This document shows positions 36,371 through 37,863 of a stretch of 37,863 bases of DNA, one piece after another. This DNA comes from Veleropilina oligotropha (taxonomy: Eukaryota). Numbering within the stretch: position 1 is the first letter of the stretch; every line of letters starts with the position of its first letter. The notes beneath the pieces are model-generated. The model was not told the DNA's origin, did not search any database, and saw nothing but the letters and a program-made list of their open reading frames with translations. The position numbers and the translations under genes were made by a program. The DNA lies in contig JBEUKZ010000138.1 in assembly GCA_048128005.1 (NCBI GenBank), positions 124,001 through 161,863 on the forward strand. The letters run 5' to 3'.

Positions 36371-36439
36371 GTATCAAATTAGAGAATAATAAACAATACA
36401 ATAAAGCACTAAAGTTTGTAATATCTTTTTATTCGATTG

Positions 36440-36606
36440 ACTAATATAATTATGGTAACTATATATAATAAATGTCTGCATGATAACACATCATACATTA
36501 CAAAAATCACAATATAATTGAGGTATATGATAATGAAATGCTGTCAACTATATAATTATGGTAACTATATATAATAAATGTCTGTATGATAACACATCAT
36601 ACATTA
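36440..36606. repeat. Local duplication of about 60 bp, just before the LINE truncation point
   Basis: TATAATTATGGTAACTATATATAATAAATGTCTG..CATCATACATTA occurs at about 36445 and about 36551. Confidence 0.8.
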
Positions 36607-36612
36607 GCAAAA

Positions 36613-37863
36613 GGATCCAAATAGGCAGTAGCCTGCTATCCAATTGTTGTATATCAAAATAAGCTCTTTAATGTTACCAAAGATCTGTTAAAATGGAATA
36701 AGTCAACTCCACTGCCAACTGATTATCAAGAGGAATCACTTCCCACTATTTTTAGCGACTTCTTCGTTGATAAAATAATCAAAATACGAAACACAATTTC
36801 GTTATCGCAAATGCAATCAACCACCGATGAAATCTATGAATCTTTAGATTCGAAACGTAATGACATTCAACTCTTAACGTTTGAAGTTACAACGAATGAT
36901 GAAATTAGGTCGATCATTATGAGGTCATCATCATCTACGTGCCCACTCGACCCTCTACCATCGTGGATGCTGAAAGCATGTTCAGATGAATTGTTGCCAA
37001 TTTTGACGCGGCTTGTCAACATGTCATTATCCAATGCAGAAGTTCCAGAAAATTTCAAGAGCGCATTGGTAAAGCCCTTACTGAAAAAGTCCAATTTGGA
37101 TCAAACAATCTGAAAAATTATCGACCGGTTTCTAATCTAAGTTTTATTTCAAAACTTGTGGAACGTGTTGTAGCAATTCGATTAAATTCTCACTTGAAAA
37201 ATCACATGCTTTTGGACATATACCAATCAGCGTATCGCATGTTTCACTCCACTGAAACAGCCCTTTTAAAGGTTCAGAATGACATACTTCAATCTCTACA
37301 TCAGAAATCAATGGTTGCTCTCGCCTTGCTTGACCTGAGTGCAGCTTTCGATACAATTGACCACCAAATTCTGATTAACCGCCTGAACGCCTACTTTGGA
37401 ATCAAGCAATCAGCGCTTACATGGATCAAGTCATATCTATACATGAGCGAAAACAAACCGTCGTCATAAACGGCATGAAATGTGACCCTGCCTCTCTCCC
37501 TTACGGTGTGCCACAAGGTTCCGTCTTAGGTCCGATTCTGTTTTCGATGTATGTCACACCCGTAGCAGAGATTGCCTCCAAATATAATCTGTCCTATCAT
37601 TTCTACGCAGATGACAGTCAAATATATGTTGCATTTGATCCCAAAAGCTCCTTCAAGGCAAGCCTAGACATATTGGAGAGCTGTGTTTCATAGATCAAAC
37701 AATGGATGTGCACAAACATGCTGAAACTCAATGATGATAAAACTGAGTTTATTATATTTGGCTCAAGAAGTAACATCACAAAGGTCCGAGATGTAAACCT
37801 ACAAGTTGGTGAAACTGAAATAAACTCCAGCGAATTTGTAAGAAATTTGGGTGCTTACTTCGA
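36613..37863 (+). mobile_element. 5'-truncated L2/CR1-type non-LTR retrotransposon (RT pseudogene), continuing past the window end
   Basis: CPLDPLP, KPLLKK, NYRPVSNLSFISK, QSAYRMFHSTETAL, LLDLSAAFDTIDH, GVPQGSVLGP and YADD. Frameshifts near 37110 and 37440, and a stop at 37691. Confidence 0.92.

Overview
Eukaryotic, AT-rich, repeat-dense animal DNA; the repeat families suggest a mollusc or similar invertebrate (inference). The window holds the 5' part of a minus-strand ADAM10/kuzbanian-like gene: five coding exons at 33917-33977, 21627-21765, 9261-9379, 5143-5314 and 2329-2437 encode the signal peptide and prodomain, and the gene continues off the left edge. Intron 2 contains a young, full-length 7.5-kb DIRS1-type tyrosine-recombinase retrotransposon (10238-17731) with ITRs, ICR, gag, RT-RNaseH-methyltransferase and YR. 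Intron 1 contains a decayed, intron-containing piggyBac (28493-32208, TTAA-flanked). MITEs, Helitron/Helentron-type non-autonomous elements and tRNA-type SINEs are scattered through the introns, and a 5'-truncated L2/CR1-type LINE lies upstream of the gene. The most unusual signal is in the DIRS 3' UTR: a ~300-nt block, bounded by splice-site-like sequences, is complementary in nested patches to the element's own 5' leader, gag start codon and first gag codons. This suggests a long-range RNA panhandle or built-in antisense module beyond the known ITR/ICR architecture.
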